64,000 bases of DNA from Sedimentisphaeraceae bacterium JB056 (GCA_044440125.1 JBITAJ010000004.1:128001-192000); one strand, 5' to 3'; shown: positions 28,815 through 39,456, numbered from the stretch's first letter. Program-made: numbers and translations. Notes: generated by a model not told the origin, from the letters alone.

Positions 28815-29483
28815 ATGTCAGAAATGAATAAAAACAAAAAGTGCTGCCTAAATTGCGCATACCTTAGAATGGTAGAGCATTATTTAATGTCTTCTGAGGG
28901 GAGATTATTGCTGACATGGGAAAGGAGAAAGCAATTTTACAAAGACAGGTCAAACTTAAATCTTAAATGCCCTAAACACCCCAGAGTTTCGTGCAGTCGT
29001 AGCCAATTTGCTAATATTACAATATTACAAAACAAAAACAAACAATATGAAATCACTCAGGACTCATTTAATTTCATCCAAACCAATAGCTGTCCACTTT
29101 TTTATAAGCATCAAGATTGCTTCTACAAACTTAATCATGAAACAATAGCGAAACGCCAAACAATGGAAATTGAACTCGAAAATGCCGTTACTGCAAAAAA
29201 AGCTTTAGAGATATCGAGAAAAAGCTTCTGGTTTACCATTATAGTTTTGATTATTTCATCCTTGGGAGCAAGCTTAGCAATACTTGATTTTTTCGGGGAC
29301 AAAGAATGGCAAGACAATCAAATCTCTGCTCTCAGAGAAACTAACACCCTATTGAAACAACAAATCGAGCTGAAATTAGCCGAAAAAACGAACACTGCCA
29401 ATCAAACAACATATGGCTCCTCACCTTGGCAGGAATATATAAAATCCGACATAGATATTGCAATCAACAATTTAGGAGAATAA
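28815..29483 (+). CDS. Hypothetical membrane protein with a Cys-rich N-terminal domain
   Basis: AGGAG RBS before ATG 28815; CCLNC and further Cys; one TM (FWFTIIVLIISSLGASLAIL); AT-rich. Confidence 0.6.
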   Translation: MSEMNKNKKCCLNCAYLRMVEHYLMSSEGRLLLTWERRKQFYKDRSNLNLKCPKHPRVSCSRSQFANITILQNKNKQYEITQDSFNFIQTNSCPLFYKHQDCFYKLNHETIAKRQTMEIELENAVTAKKALEISRKSFWFTIIVLIISSLGASLAILDFFGDKEWQDNQISALRETNTLLKQQIELKLAEKTNTANQTTYGSSPWQEYIKSDIDIAINNLGE

Positions 29484-29487
29484 CAAA

Positions 29488-29709
29488 ATGTCATACATTT
29501 ACGGCTGTCCTCAATGCAAAACATCAATAGAAACATCAGCATCAAGAACTCTCAGATGCAGTAATTGCGGAAAAATCATGAACGAAATCGCAAGAGAAAA
29601 CTGGCTCCACAAATGCAATTCCTGCGAATTTGAAAATGAAAATCCAACGCCAGGCGTCTATGACTGCCCAATGTGCGACGGCAAACTTTGCCCCTCAAGA
29701 CCCGTGTAA
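29488..29709 (+). CDS. Small double zinc-ribbon protein
   Basis: Four CxxC motifs (CPQC, CSNC, CNSC, CPMC); AGGAG RBS; 4 nt after the previous stop. Confidence 0.7.
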   Translation: MSYIYGCPQCKTSIETSASRTLRCSNCGKIMNEIARENWLHKCNSCEFENENPTPGVYDCPMCDGKLCPSRPV

Positions 29710-29745
29710 GTCAGTGAATGTCCGTGATTTGTCCGTGTTTTGATA

Positions 29746-30417
29746 TCATATATTATTCGCGGCGGCGAGAATATCTTTTATCGCTTTCTCTCTGTCGGGC
29801 TTTGAGAATACTGCCGAGCCCGCCACGAGTGTATCCGCTCCAAGAGCTGTTACGATCGGTGCGGTTGTCGGATCGATTCCGCCGTCAACCTGAATCCTCA
29901 CATCCGGCCCTACAATCTGGCGAATCTCTTTGCACTTCTGCGCCGCATCGTGCATGAACGACTGTCCGCCGAATCCCGGCTCAACAGTCATTACGAGTAT
30001 CATATCACACATAGCCCCAATATCCGCAATAGCGTCAACCGAAGTACCCGGCTTAATACTCACGCCCGCTGTAACTCCCGCATCATGAATCCTGTTGATA
30101 AGTCCCTTGGCATCATTAACCGCCTCAATGTGAAATGTAATATGATCGCTGCCGGCCTTGATAAAATCGTCAAGATATTTCTCGGCATCGGTTATCATCA
30201 GGTGAGTATCGAAGCAAAGCGGAGAATGCTTGCGAAGATTGGCAATCACAGGCGCCCCGAATGTAAGATTAGGCACAAAATGAGCGTCCATTACATCAAG
30301 GTGCACAATCTTCACTCCATAGTTTTCTATCTCTTTAACCTCATCGGCGAGCCGTGCGAAATCACTGCTCAATACACTCGGAGCTATTTCTATTGATGGT
30401 GTTGAAGGTAGTTTCAT
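29746..30417 (-). CDS. rpe: Ribulose-phosphate 3-epimerase
   Basis: IAPSVLS.DF, HLDVMDAHFVPNLTFG, DTHLMI, MTVEPGFGGQ, VDGGI, VAGSAVF. Confidence 0.97.
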   Translation of the reverse strand: MKLPSTPSIEIAPSVLSSDFARLADEVKEIENYGVKIVHLDVMDAHFVPNLTFGAPVIANLRKHSPLCFDTHLMITDAEKYLDDFIKAGSDHITFHIEAVNDAKGLINRIHDAGVTAGVSIKPGTSVDAIADIGAMCDMILVMTVEPGFGGQSFMHDAAQKCKEIRQIVGPDVRIQVDGGIDPTTAPIVTALGADTLVAGSAVFSKPDREKAIKDILAAANNI

Positions 30418-30455
30418 AATCTATCCCTGCTATTGCAAATATGTTGATCTCAAAT

Positions 30456-31931
30456 CTATATAAACTTTTTACGCATTCTTGAGGCCGGGATACCAAGCTG
30501 ATCGCGATACTTCACAACCGTTCGCCTTGATATGCTGTAGCCCTTTTCCTCAAGCAGCTTGCAAACTTTTTCATCACTGTAAGGCTTGCTCTTGTCCTCA
30601 TTATTGATTATATTTTCAAGAGCCTGCTTTATTGCCTCCGTCCCCTGCACGTTGCCGTCGTCTGAAACGATCCTGTTTGTAAACAAATCACGCAAAGGCA
30701 TCTGGCCTTGAGGCGACTGTATATATTTCCCTGCAACTGCACGCGAAACAGTAGCAATATGTATCCCTATCATATCAGCAACCTCCTGCATAAACAACGG
30801 CTGTATATGCAGTCTGCCCTTTTTGAAGAATTCTTTCTGTCTGGAAACTACGATTCCGGCGATTTTCAGAAGTGTATTCTGCCTCTGGTTAACGGCATCA
30901 ATAAGCCACTTCGCATTTCGAACATTCTCCTGAAGATATCGCTTGGTATTTTTATCGATATTCTTATCGGCTACCATGCTGGCATATTCATCGTTTATCC
31001 TCAACGCCGGAAGAGCGGAGTTGGCAAGATGAACATCGTACTCACCATCATCTTTTTCCTCAACTATAATATCCACACGAACAGGAGCATTGTCAAAACC
31101 TGATTCGAATTTCGTACCCGGGCTTGTATCAAGACGTGCAAGGTAGTGCAATACCTGCTCAATCTCATCCATGCCGCAGCCAACAGAAGCGGCAAGCTGA
31201 GGAAGATGGTTATTAAGGAGCATATCATAATGCTCGTTAACTATCTCATAAGTAAAAGGGGGAACGGTGTCGATATTCTGCCGTATCTGAATCAAAAGAC
31301 ATTCCCGAACATCTCTGGCCCCGATACCTGGAGGATCGAATCTCTGGAGATGCTCCAACGCTTCATCAAAGAGTTCCTGATCGAATCCATCATAAATCGC
31401 AGCGATTTCATCAAGATTCAGGGAAAGGTATCCTTTAGGGCTGAGCTGATCGATAAGTATCTCAATAACACTTATAACCTCACGAGGCGCATCCACAAGC
31501 GAAAGCTGATCTTTGAGATAAGCCTGCATCGAGATACGGCTGTCCGCTGTATTGTGAAGGGCATTGAGTTTGGGGTCAGCCTCGCCATCATCATATCTGA
31601 CCGAAACGGCGGCATCCTGATTTATATATTCTTTGTAGTCAGCGCCAAGATTATCAAGGCGCTCAAAAGATTCAGCCGTATCATTTTCCGAAACCTTAAG
31701 CTCTTTCTCATCAATACTTTTATTGAGAAACTCCTTATCGTCTTCTTCCTGCTCATCAGGGTCCTCTGTTTCGAGTTCAAGAACAGGATTATTATTAAGC
31801 TCGGTTTCTATACGCTGTTCAAGTGCCATAATAGGCAGCTGAAGAATCTCCATTGACTGCATCATTGCAGGAGTCAGCTTCATCTGCTGAGCCATCTGCA
31901 TTCGATTTGTCAAGTTCATTTCAAGTGCCAT
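30456..31931 (-). CDS. rpoN: RNA polymerase sigma-54 factor
   Basis: Gln/Leu-rich region I, DPPGIGAR, HIATVSRAV HTH, RpoN box SRRTVVKYR. Confidence 0.96.
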   Translation of the reverse strand: MALEMNLTNRMQMAQQMKLTPAMMQSMEILQLPIMALEQRIETELNNNPVLELETEDPDEQEEDDKEFLNKSIDEKELKVSENDTAESFERLDNLGADYKEYINQDAAVSVRYDDGEADPKLNALHNTADSRISMQAYLKDQLSLVDAPREVISVIEILIDQLSPKGYLSLNLDEIAAIYDGFDQELFDEALEHLQRFDPPGIGARDVRECLLIQIRQNIDTVPPFTYEIVNEHYDMLLNNHLPQLAASVGCGMDEIEQVLHYLARLDTSPGTKFESGFDNAPVRVDIIVEEKDDGEYDVHLANSALPALRINDEYASMVADKNIDKNTKRYLQENVRNAKWLIDAVNQRQNTLLKIAGIVVSRQKEFFKKGRLHIQPLFMQEVADMIGIHIATVSRAVAGKYIQSPQGQMPLRDLFTNRIVSDDGNVQGTEAIKQALENIINNEDKSKPYSDEKVCKLLEEKGYSISRRTVVKYRDQLGIPASRMRKKFI

Positions 31932-31975
31932 ATTATCTATTCCCTATTAAACGAAAATATATTGAATTTATATTT

Positions 31976-33268
31976 TTATTGTTCACTTTTATATCGTATC
32001 TTACGATCCTTCTCGATTATCCATCTCATATCCTGAACATTAGGTGTTTCAGGAACTATAGACTCATCCCTAAGCCCATGGAAAAGCATAAACGCAGAAT
32101 CCTGCGTATGTTTCCCTGTAAATATTCCCTTGTTAAATGCCTTAGGAGTATTTAACGCAGCCTTGAGATTAAATTCGCTCTCTGCAAGCAAAGTCAGATC
32201 AGGTGCATCAGAAAGACAGTCCCCTTCAAATATCTCACTCTTTCTATAAACTTTCTTGATGACCTTCCTGCTGTTATACTTGAGATTGTTAAAATAATCC
32301 TCAAGTTCACTGAGAAGCCCGACTGATTCTTCACGGCTTACTGAGCCATTGGGATACTTGTCCTGATAATTCAGATATATCCTGCCCGGATCAAGCGCAA
32401 AAGCTTTTGTCTTTGAGTTGATATCCTGAAGCTGTGTCTTTTCCCCATCAAGATGAAGCATACCCTCATCCATCAACAGATGATTCACATAAACATCACG
32501 ATGAAGATTTTCAAACCCGTGATCAGAAAGCATTACAACAAGATTGTTCTCAGACAACTTTGACATTATCTCGCCGATTATCTTGTCTATGCGGCCAAAA
32601 TGAAGTGAGAACGCTGTATTGAGCTTATGTTTTGGATTTTCATAAGCATCCCAGAGAAAGTGCATAAGCCTGTCAGTACCGGTAAATACAAGCATAAACG
32701 TTGACCAGTCTATACTGTCATCCCAAAGATATCGGTAAGCGGCAACTCTTGCATCAAGTGTATTATCCAGGTCCTCAAGGAAACTGTGCATGGAAGTATG
32801 AGCCTTCCTGGAATCAACGTCAAGCTTGTAATTGATATCACAAAGCTGATCAACTATATTCTGAGGATAAACGCTTTTGTTTATATCTATTGAAACAAAC
32901 CCGGAAACGTGTATTCCATTCATCGGATGAACAGGATAAGTGGAAGGCACATTCATTATTACAGACTTGCCGGGCCACTGCTCCCAAAAAGGAGGGCTTT
33001 TAAGATCGTTATAGTTAGGGAATTTGAGACGGTAGCTGTCAGGATGAAGATCCGTAAAACCATATATACCATGCTCTCCCGGATTCTTGCCAGTAATTAT
33101 ACTCGACCAGGCAACGCTTGATATCTCAGGTATTGTCGAATTACTCTTCTTGAAAACACCTTCACTGATAAGCCTTGCCGTATTGGGCATAATACCTTCA
33201 TCGGCAAAATCCTTTATCATATCGAACGGCACACCATCAAGTCCTATTATAACAATCTTGTCTTTCAT
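31976..33268 (-). CDS. Alkaline phosphatase superfamily protein (type I phosphodiesterase/nucleotide pyrophosphatase)
   Basis: IIGLDGVP, SSVAWSSIITGKNPGEHGIYGF, TDRLMH, LSDHGF, TGKH. Confidence 0.88.
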   Translation of the reverse strand: MKDKIVIIGLDGVPFDMIKDFADEGIMPNTARLISEGVFKKSNSTIPEISSVAWSSIITGKNPGEHGIYGFTDLHPDSYRLKFPNYNDLKSPPFWEQWPGKSVIMNVPSTYPVHPMNGIHVSGFVSIDINKSVYPQNIVDQLCDINYKLDVDSRKAHTSMHSFLEDLDNTLDARVAAYRYLWDDSIDWSTFMLVFTGTDRLMHFLWDAYENPKHKLNTAFSLHFGRIDKIIGEIMSKLSENNLVVMLSDHGFENLHRDVYVNHLLMDEGMLHLDGEKTQLQDINSKTKAFALDPGRIYLNYQDKYPNGSVSREESVGLLSELEDYFNNLKYNSRKVIKKVYRKSEIFEGDCLSDAPDLTLLAESEFNLKAALNTPKAFNKGIFTGKHTQDSAFMLFHGLRDESIVPETPNVQDMRWIIEKDRKIRYKSEQ

Positions 33269-33361
33269 AGTATTCTCTGTAATCGCTGTTGAATTCCTTT
33301 AAGTACTATTTTAACCACTAAAAACCTCCCCGCCAGCCTAACTCACAGGGAAATAAACCTA

Positions 33362-35446
33362 TCAATCATTATTCTGTGCTATCATCTTTGCCTTAACCAC
33401 AAGGATTGCTGTAGCAAGCTGCGGATCCGATTCCACTGTTTCCTGAGCCGAGTGCCTTGCTATCTCATTCTCTTTATAATCATGGTCGGCCTTAACCAGC
33501 ACTGCATTATCCTTCTGTACCTCTACATATTTCTTAGCCTCTTTCGGCGTAAGTTCAACAGAAAAGTCCGGACTGATACCCCAGTCATCCCTGCCCTCTT
33601 TTTCAAGCTGATACCGATTCTTTACCGGCTGACCTGATGGAAGATGGTAGAAAGCCATAGTGTATTTCAGTTGAGCGCCGCCGCCGGGGGCCTCAGTTAT
33701 GGTCTGTACACTTCCCTTGCCGTAAGTCCTCGTACCAACGAGTGTGGCACGTTTGTATTTCTCGTCTTTGAGTGCTCCGGCTACAATCTCAGAAGCTGAA
33801 GCACTGCCGCCGTTTATCAGAAGTACGAGCGGATAGTTAGGAATTGTAGCTTTCTTGGTAGCCTTGAGCTCTTCACCAAAACCCCATCTGGGCTTTGTGC
33901 TTACTATGACGCCCTTGTCAACAAACATATCTACAACCTCGCCCGCTGTTTGAAGCAGACCGCCGGAATTATAACGAAGATCAATTATAAGACCCTTCAA
34001 GCCCTCTTTTTCAAGCTGCTTTATAGCCTTTTCCATATAATCCGCGGTAGTACTGGTAAACCCTGTTATCAGCATATATCCAATGCCGCTTTCAGGATCT
34101 ATCATGTATTCCCAACCGGCATCAGCCGTTCGCTGCCAGCCGCGAATTGTCGGAACAACAATCTTGGCACGCTTGATAGTGATATCGCGGGCTTCATCGG
34201 CATCCTTGCTGCGGACAGTAAGAGTAACATCCGTGCCATCAGGGCCGGTAATACGGCTTACCGCACAATTGATAGTCATATCTTCTGTTGGAACGCCGTC
34301 AACTTTCTCGATAACATCCTCGGCATCAAGCCCTGAATTGTAAGCAGGAGTACCCGGAAGAAGACTCATAACCATAAGATCACCGGTGGATTTGGATATT
34401 TCAACACCTATACCGGAAAATTGCTGCGTGATGCTCTTCTCGAACTCTTTCGTATAGAAAGGCCACACAACATTCGTATAAGGATCAAGAACCGAAAGAG
34501 CAGCCTCTGTGAAATGACTGACGATTATCTCATTGGATATATTAATAGTCTGCTCGTTGAGAACAAGAAGCTTAAGGAATGACTCAAGAAAATCCTTATG
34601 ATTAAGCCTTGCAAGCGGCCCGCTATTAAGCTCACTTCTGATCTTGCGAACGCCTGCTATCCAACTTTGCACTTGAGTCTTATCAAACTCAACATTGACA
34701 TCTTCATTTTCAAAAGACATCACCTCGGCAAGCAAAATGCATCTGTCAAAAGCCTTATCCGCAACACGATCATAATCAATCAGATCGACATACCCAAAAT
34801 CCAGCATTTTGATTGTTCTGATAAACATCACAGGGTCTATGCCCTCAAAACGCTCCTCGCTGCTCTCACATGGACTGTCAACCATGGAGCCCTCGATTGC
34901 CATCTTGTCAATCAGCTCTTCCGACTTGTCCTTATAGGTTTCCTTATCCTCGTAAAGAGAAGAAAGCCAGTAATAACCCGTGTAAGCCTCCGCCCATTTG
35001 CCCTTGGCTTCTTGCTCAATGCAGTCGGAGATTGTCTTGTCAACCATTTCCTTTACAAACTCATCGGCCAGAAGAGCCTTCTTCTGCTCTTCATTTGCGT
35101 ACCTGCTGCTGCTTATAAGTGCTACATACGCATCAGCAATATCATTGGCATCACTCGGCAAACCTTTAGCCTTTATCTCTTCGAATTCCTTAAACTTTTC
35201 AAGATAAGTCTCTTCTTTGGATTTCTGCCTCTTGTCTGTAAGCTGCTTGTAGGAATCAATTACTCCCAGAAGCTCCTTGGCCTTGCTATTGTCAGTATTT
35301 TCAAGTAATTTTTCGGCCTTTTCAATCTCACCACTGCAGATGAGATCGGATCCCTGCTTTACAAGATCTGATTCCGCAGAAAACGCAGAACCGCAGAAAG
35401 CAGAAATAGCGACTAACAAGACCGTCAATATCGTCATTTTCTTCAT
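33362..35446 (-). CDS. S41 family carboxyl-terminal processing protease with PDZ domain
   Basis: Signal peptide; LDPYT, FSGIGV (PDZ), DLRYNSGGLL, SASASEIVAGAL, GTRTYGKGSVQ. Confidence 0.93.
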   Translation of the reverse strand: MKKMTILTVLLVAISAFCGSAFSAESDLVKQGSDLICSGEIEKAEKLLENTDNSKAKELLGVIDSYKQLTDKRQKSKEETYLEKFKEFEEIKAKGLPSDANDIADAYVALISSSRYANEEQKKALLADEFVKEMVDKTISDCIEQEAKGKWAEAYTGYYWLSSLYEDKETYKDKSEELIDKMAIEGSMVDSPCESSEERFEGIDPVMFIRTIKMLDFGYVDLIDYDRVADKAFDRCILLAEVMSFENEDVNVEFDKTQVQSWIAGVRKIRSELNSGPLARLNHKDFLESFLKLLVLNEQTINISNEIIVSHFTEAALSVLDPYTNVVWPFYTKEFEKSITQQFSGIGVEISKSTGDLMVMSLLPGTPAYNSGLDAEDVIEKVDGVPTEDMTINCAVSRITGPDGTDVTLTVRSKDADEARDITIKRAKIVVPTIRGWQRTADAGWEYMIDPESGIGYMLITGFTSTTADYMEKAIKQLEKEGLKGLIIDLRYNSGGLLQTAGEVVDMFVDKGVIVSTKPRWGFGEELKATKKATIPNYPLVLLINGGSASASEIVAGALKDEKYKRATLVGTRTYGKGSVQTITEAPGGGAQLKYTMAFYHLPSGQPVKNRYQLEKEGRDDWGISPDFSVELTPKEAKKYVEVQKDNAVLVKADHDYKENEIARHSAQETVESDPQLATAILVVKAKMIAQNND

Positions 35447-35631
35447 ATTACAATCATCCTAATATAATTCAGCATACTAAATTTATCGCTCTATTTTACA
35501 AAATTAGTTCAATAACACAATCGCGCTTTGAAAAATTAATTCCGGCAGGTAGGAAATTGTACAATACAGCAACTTCCCATCAAAGAAATGCCTCTAAAGC
35601 CCCCTCTATAAACAAAAAACAAAATATAAAT

Positions 35632-36453
35632 TTACCGCTGTTTTTTATATTCACATCTATTTGAAAGTATGCCTTTGATGGCAAGATCGCGATACGGTGC
35701 TGATGCATCATAAAACCGGCGGCTCGTGTCGACTGTCTGGATTCCCATGTCAGGTTCATGGTCTTTAAGTTGAGCAATTATTTTCCCGTCAGGCTGAATG
35801 AAGCAACACGGATAAGGGCTTATTTTCGCGCATGAATTGGTCATGCTGACCCAGAAGTAATTCGTCGCCGCACGGCACTGCATGGTCTGCCTCATTATAT
35901 GGCTATGGACACTCGGCTCTTCCTGCCTTGCATTATAAAATGACTGGAAAACACACTCAACGTTCATTTTTTTAAGTTCACGGTAAAGCTCAGGAAAACG
36001 CAGGTCATAGCATATCAAAAGAGCACATTTGACACCTTTAAACTCAAAGGTCGTGAAATGCTCGCCAGGCTGATAATGCACAATGTCTCCGGGAGTACAG
36101 AATCGCTTGTCATAGCGGCCGCACACTTGCCCTTGTTCATTGATCAGAAGCAAACTGTTATGAACCGCTGCGGATTCCTGATCGCGGTAATTTGTCCCAA
36201 GCACCACCCATATTCCAAGCTCAGCGGCAAGTAATTTGATCTTCTCGGTCTCACTGTCCAGAAGAGCCCAGTCATATCTGTCAAAACCGGCAATATCTAC
36301 ACCGGCGTACCCGCCAAGGGCACACTCTGAAAAATGCACGATATCTGCCCCCTTGCCAGAAGCCTCCTTCATAAACGAAACTATCCATTTACTGTTGGTT
36401 AGTATATCCCCGCTTACGGCAAACTGACAAAACGCTGCTTTGAAACTGCCCAT
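35632..36453 (-). CDS. Carbon-nitrogen hydrolase (nitrilase superfamily)
   Basis: Glu-Lys-Cys triad motifs FSEC, RYDK, ICYDLRFPE; start moved to ATG 36453. Confidence 0.88.
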   Translation of the reverse strand: MGSFKAAFCQFAVSGDILTNSKWIVSFMKEASGKGADIVHFSECALGGYAGVDIAGFDRYDWALLDSETEKIKLLAAELGIWVVLGTNYRDQESAAVHNSLLLINEQGQVCGRYDKRFCTPGDIVHYQPGEHFTTFEFKGVKCALLICYDLRFPELYRELKKMNVECVFQSFYNARQEEPSVHSHIMRQTMQCRAATNYFWVSMTNSCAKISPYPCCFIQPDGKIIAQLKDHEPDMGIQTVDTSRRFYDASAPYRDLAIKGILSNRCEYKKQR

Positions 36454-36463
36454 AATCAATCCC

Positions 36464-36757
36464 TCAATAATCGTCAAAACTTTCGCTGTTATGTATTCTC
36501 ACGTTTTTACGATAAGCCTTTTCGGGGTCTTCATACTTATCTCTGGAACTATGGCCTATCTGTATGAACATCTTTATCGCCGTACCTATACACCAAAGAG
36601 CTGCAAAAAAGATTAGTCCTGCGGCAATAACGATAAATACAGCCTTCAAGACGATTACAAGTATGCCAATCCCAAGCAGAAGAAGCCCAACGGCAAGCAA
36701 TGCGCCCGCAGCCTTTCTGGTGGCGTTGGAAATTGAATAATAATCAAATTTAAACAT
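36464..36757 (-). CDS. Small two-TM hypothetical membrane protein
   Basis: Two long hydrophobic stretches; GAGGAG RBS; operon-like spacing. Confidence 0.7.
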   Translation of the reverse strand: MFKFDYYSISNATRKAAGALLAVGLLLLGIGILVIVLKAVFIVIAAGLIFFAALWCIGTAIKMFIQIGHSSRDKYEDPEKAYRKNVRIHNSESFDDY

Positions 36758-36783
36758 CTTTCTCCTCGTTACTTATATAAAAC

Positions 36784-38682
36784 TTAATTCTTCCTCTTAA
36801 AGATTACATGAGTGCCAATCTTAGGATGAAACAGCCCGCGAGAGCTGAACTGATAAGATTTTTCGTCCACAATATAGTAATTCTCGCGGATGTATTTCCT
36901 AAGCTCTGCCATCGCGGCAAACCTGTCCGCCTCATCTTTACCGATTTTTTCAGCAAGCATATTATAGTACTGCTTCTCATACTGAGCAACTATCATCTCA
37001 TTTTCCGGCAGAAATCCCTTTGGCGTTGACGGCCAGAGTTCAAGTTGAGGTCTGTCCCATGGGAAATGACGCTTACGGCTATCTACAATGAACAGCGGTT
37101 TTTCCTCTTTGAAGCTCTTCAGCAAATCACGCATCAAACCGGCTATCTGCTTAGGACTCTTAACATGCATTTCACTCTCAAAGGCCTTTTTATACGGGCT
37201 GAGCCTCTGAGCCTCTACGTACATCCCCGGAAACCAGCCCCAAACATACATAGTATCATCTTCGCTGCTGCTGCGTTTGATAAACTCTGAAACCTTTTCC
37301 CAGGAGGCAAGATTGCCGGCACTATGAGCAGAAGCTTCCTTGAGTCGCTGTGAATATCCTTTAACGCGTTTTCCATCGGGATATTTATCCCCGCTGTGGA
37401 AAGTATGATCAAAACCGGCAAATACATCCCAGCTCATCAGAATCATGAATATTACGGCAACCATTCCGCCGCCGGCATAAAACATCTTATTATTTTTACT
37501 TGCAGCCGCATTTTTCGCATAAAGCCATACAATGTAACCACCTGTAACAGAAGCAGATAATGTAAGAGGTATATAGTATTGTTCATAAGAACGCGGACTT
37601 ATCCACACAAAGAGCATATCAAATATCCAGCAAACCGCCGGGAGAAAAACAAGCCTGTCGGCAACAGATATATCGTATTTTTTCTTCTTACCGAATATAT
37701 CACACGTATTCCTGTACTTAGCTATAATCAGCGAAAGCAGAGCCAGCAATATAGGCAGCAGCAAAGCCTTGTAATATCGCAAGACAACCGGAGTCTGCTC
37801 TTTTATACCCATCAAACTGCGGCTCCTTTCAAGATAACCGCCCTTGCTCTCACTTTTCGCCTCTTTGCTGCCATCGGCCTGCTTGTTATCTGAACTTTTC
37901 TCCTGCTTCGGCGAGCTTTTGAAAGGCTTTACCGCATATCTCTTGAGAAATGTATAAGGGCCGCTCATCGGAACATCACCTGCCGCAAGCCATATATGGA
38001 GCGGAGCCAGCGTCACAAGCATGCCAATAAAGACAAGCACACCATCCTTGAGCACTTCCTTGAAAGGCTTCCATTTGAAGATTACAGAAACAAACAGAAA
38101 TGAGGCCATTGCGAGTGTCATTGAAAAGCCGGTTTCCTTAAATCCGGGAGCAAACGCCAGTGCCGCACCGCAAATTACCGCCCATATCTTCCTGCCGCCG
38201 CCGTAATACAGGAAAAACGAGCCTATAGAGATACCGATACAGGCAGTCATGAATTCCTCTTTGACATTACCATACTTGGCAATAAACGGTGCGGAAATAT
38301 AAATCGAGGTCAAAAGGGTACTTATAAAAGCTGCGGCTCGTCCGAAATGTTTCTTCACACCCATAAAAATAAGAACCAACGCGGCAAGCTGCATCAGACC
38401 TTGTATTATCTTAGGGCCCACATCACTGTAGCCGAATATCTTGACGCCGAGTATATTCACAAGCAGAGTGCTTATCTTGGCGGTGGGAACCTCATCAACA
38501 CCGATCTTAGCACCCCTGATTATATGCTCTGCTGAGTAAACATACGCACCGCTGTCAAAAGCGCCCGGCGTATTCAATTCACAATACTTACCAAGCACGA
38601 AAGGCACAGCGATAACTGATGCCATGATAACTGTAAGGAATGATATCTTGCTAAATGCAGTCTTAAATATTTCTGATTTCAT
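36784..38682 (-). CDS. GT-C (ArnT/PMT-like) integral membrane glycosyltransferase
   Basis: DSGAYVY in the first loop, ~11 TM segments, F.KET, RSYEQYYIP, C-terminal D.MYVWG..P..Y domain. Confidence 0.7.
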   Translation of the reverse strand: MKSEIFKTAFSKISFLTVIMASVIAVPFVLGKYCELNTPGAFDSGAYVYSAEHIIRGAKIGVDEVPTAKISTLLVNILGVKIFGYSDVGPKIIQGLMQLAALVLIFMGVKKHFGRAAAFISTLLTSIYISAPFIAKYGNVKEEFMTACIGISIGSFFLYYGGGRKIWAVICGAALAFAPGFKETGFSMTLAMASFLFVSVIFKWKPFKEVLKDGVLVFIGMLVTLAPLHIWLAAGDVPMSGPYTFLKRYAVKPFKSSPKQEKSSDNKQADGSKEAKSESKGGYLERSRSLMGIKEQTPVVLRYYKALLLPILLALLSLIIAKYRNTCDIFGKKKKYDISVADRLVFLPAVCWIFDMLFVWISPRSYEQYYIPLTLSASVTGGYIVWLYAKNAAASKNNKMFYAGGGMVAVIFMILMSWDVFAGFDHTFHSGDKYPDGKRVKGYSQRLKEASAHSAGNLASWEKVSEFIKRSSSEDDTMYVWGWFPGMYVEAQRLSPYKKAFESEMHVKSPKQIAGLMRDLLKSFKEEKPLFIVDSRKRHFPWDRPQLELWPSTPKGFLPENEMIVAQYEKQYYNMLAEKIGKDEADRFAAMAELRKYIRENYYIVDEKSYQFSSRGLFHPKIGTHVIFKRKN

Positions 38683-38908
38683 AATATTGCTTCATACTGG
38701 TAGCCGTTCACTCATTTACCCCAATCCGTCAATTATACGCTTTGAAATTGGTTGGATGTTTCTGCTAAACAGCAATCTTAATATGTTCACACAAGATTTT
38801 ATTAAGTGGTGTGAACGATTACTCATACTATTAGTTTAAAATATCTATAATTAAGTAGGTACATTCTACCTAAAAAACCAAAGGAAGCAACAAAAAGACG
38901 AAAGCATG

Positions 38909-39166
38909 CTAATAGCGATATCGCAGCTGAGCTATTATCAGGGTATTGTTCTCGAATTTATACACCATCCGATCTACTTCGCTTATCCGCCGCGACCACC
39001 ATGTTGTAAAATTCCCCTTTAAGGGTTCCGGTTTGCCAATACCCTCATAAGGATTGCGGACACAATCTTTCAGCAAGGCGTTTATCCGCTTCACTTTTTT
39101 CTTATCACAAGCCTGCCAATACAAATAATCCTCCCAAGCCTGCGCTGAAAATTTAAGATTTGCCAT
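38909..39166 (-). CDS. yoeB: YoeB/Txe family toxin
   Basis: AWEDYLYWQ, PYEGIGKPEPLK, WSRRI...R.VY, C-terminal RYRY. Confidence 0.93.
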   Translation of the reverse strand: MANLKFSAQAWEDYLYWQACDKKKVKRINALLKDCVRNPYEGIGKPEPLKGNFTTWWSRRISEVDRMVYKFENNTLIIAQLRYRY

Positions 39167-39419
39167 CTAAAATAGACTCCAGGCTTTTCTCTACTCCGCC
39201 GTTATCCTCGAGTGATTTTATGGAATCAATAAGTCTCTCTGCGTTTTGGGGACTTCGCAGAAGATATATTGTCTCAGCCCACGACTCGTAATCTTCAAGA
39301 CTCATCATCACGACAGCTTCTTTTTTCTTGCGAATTATAACTGGATTGCGATCACTGCAAACTCTATCAATAGTCTTCGCAAAGTCTGCCCGTGCAGCGG
39401 AATATGTCATTGTATCCAT
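39153..39419 (-). CDS. yefM: YefM/Phd family antitoxin
   Basis: MTYSAARA.FA..ID.V, AVVMMSLEDYES..ET.YLLRSP.NAERL; overlaps yoeB by 14 nt; start ATG 39419. Confidence 0.93.
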   Translation of the reverse strand: MDTMTYSAARADFAKTIDRVCSDRNPVIIRKKKEAVVMMSLEDYESWAETIYLLRSPQNAERLIDSIKSLEDNGGVEKSLESILDGKS

Positions 39420-39456
39420 TGTTCTACCCTTTATAAGGTTGTTTTTAACAAAAAAA

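Noticed and set aside
28009..31931. Functional link between rpoN and the nearby PEP-CTERM gene (PrsK/PrsR-type sigma54 regulation)
   Set aside because: I found no convincing -24/-12 TGGCAC-N5-TTGC site upstream of either PEP-CTERM gene, and no exosortase or PrsKR genes; proximity alone is insufficient.
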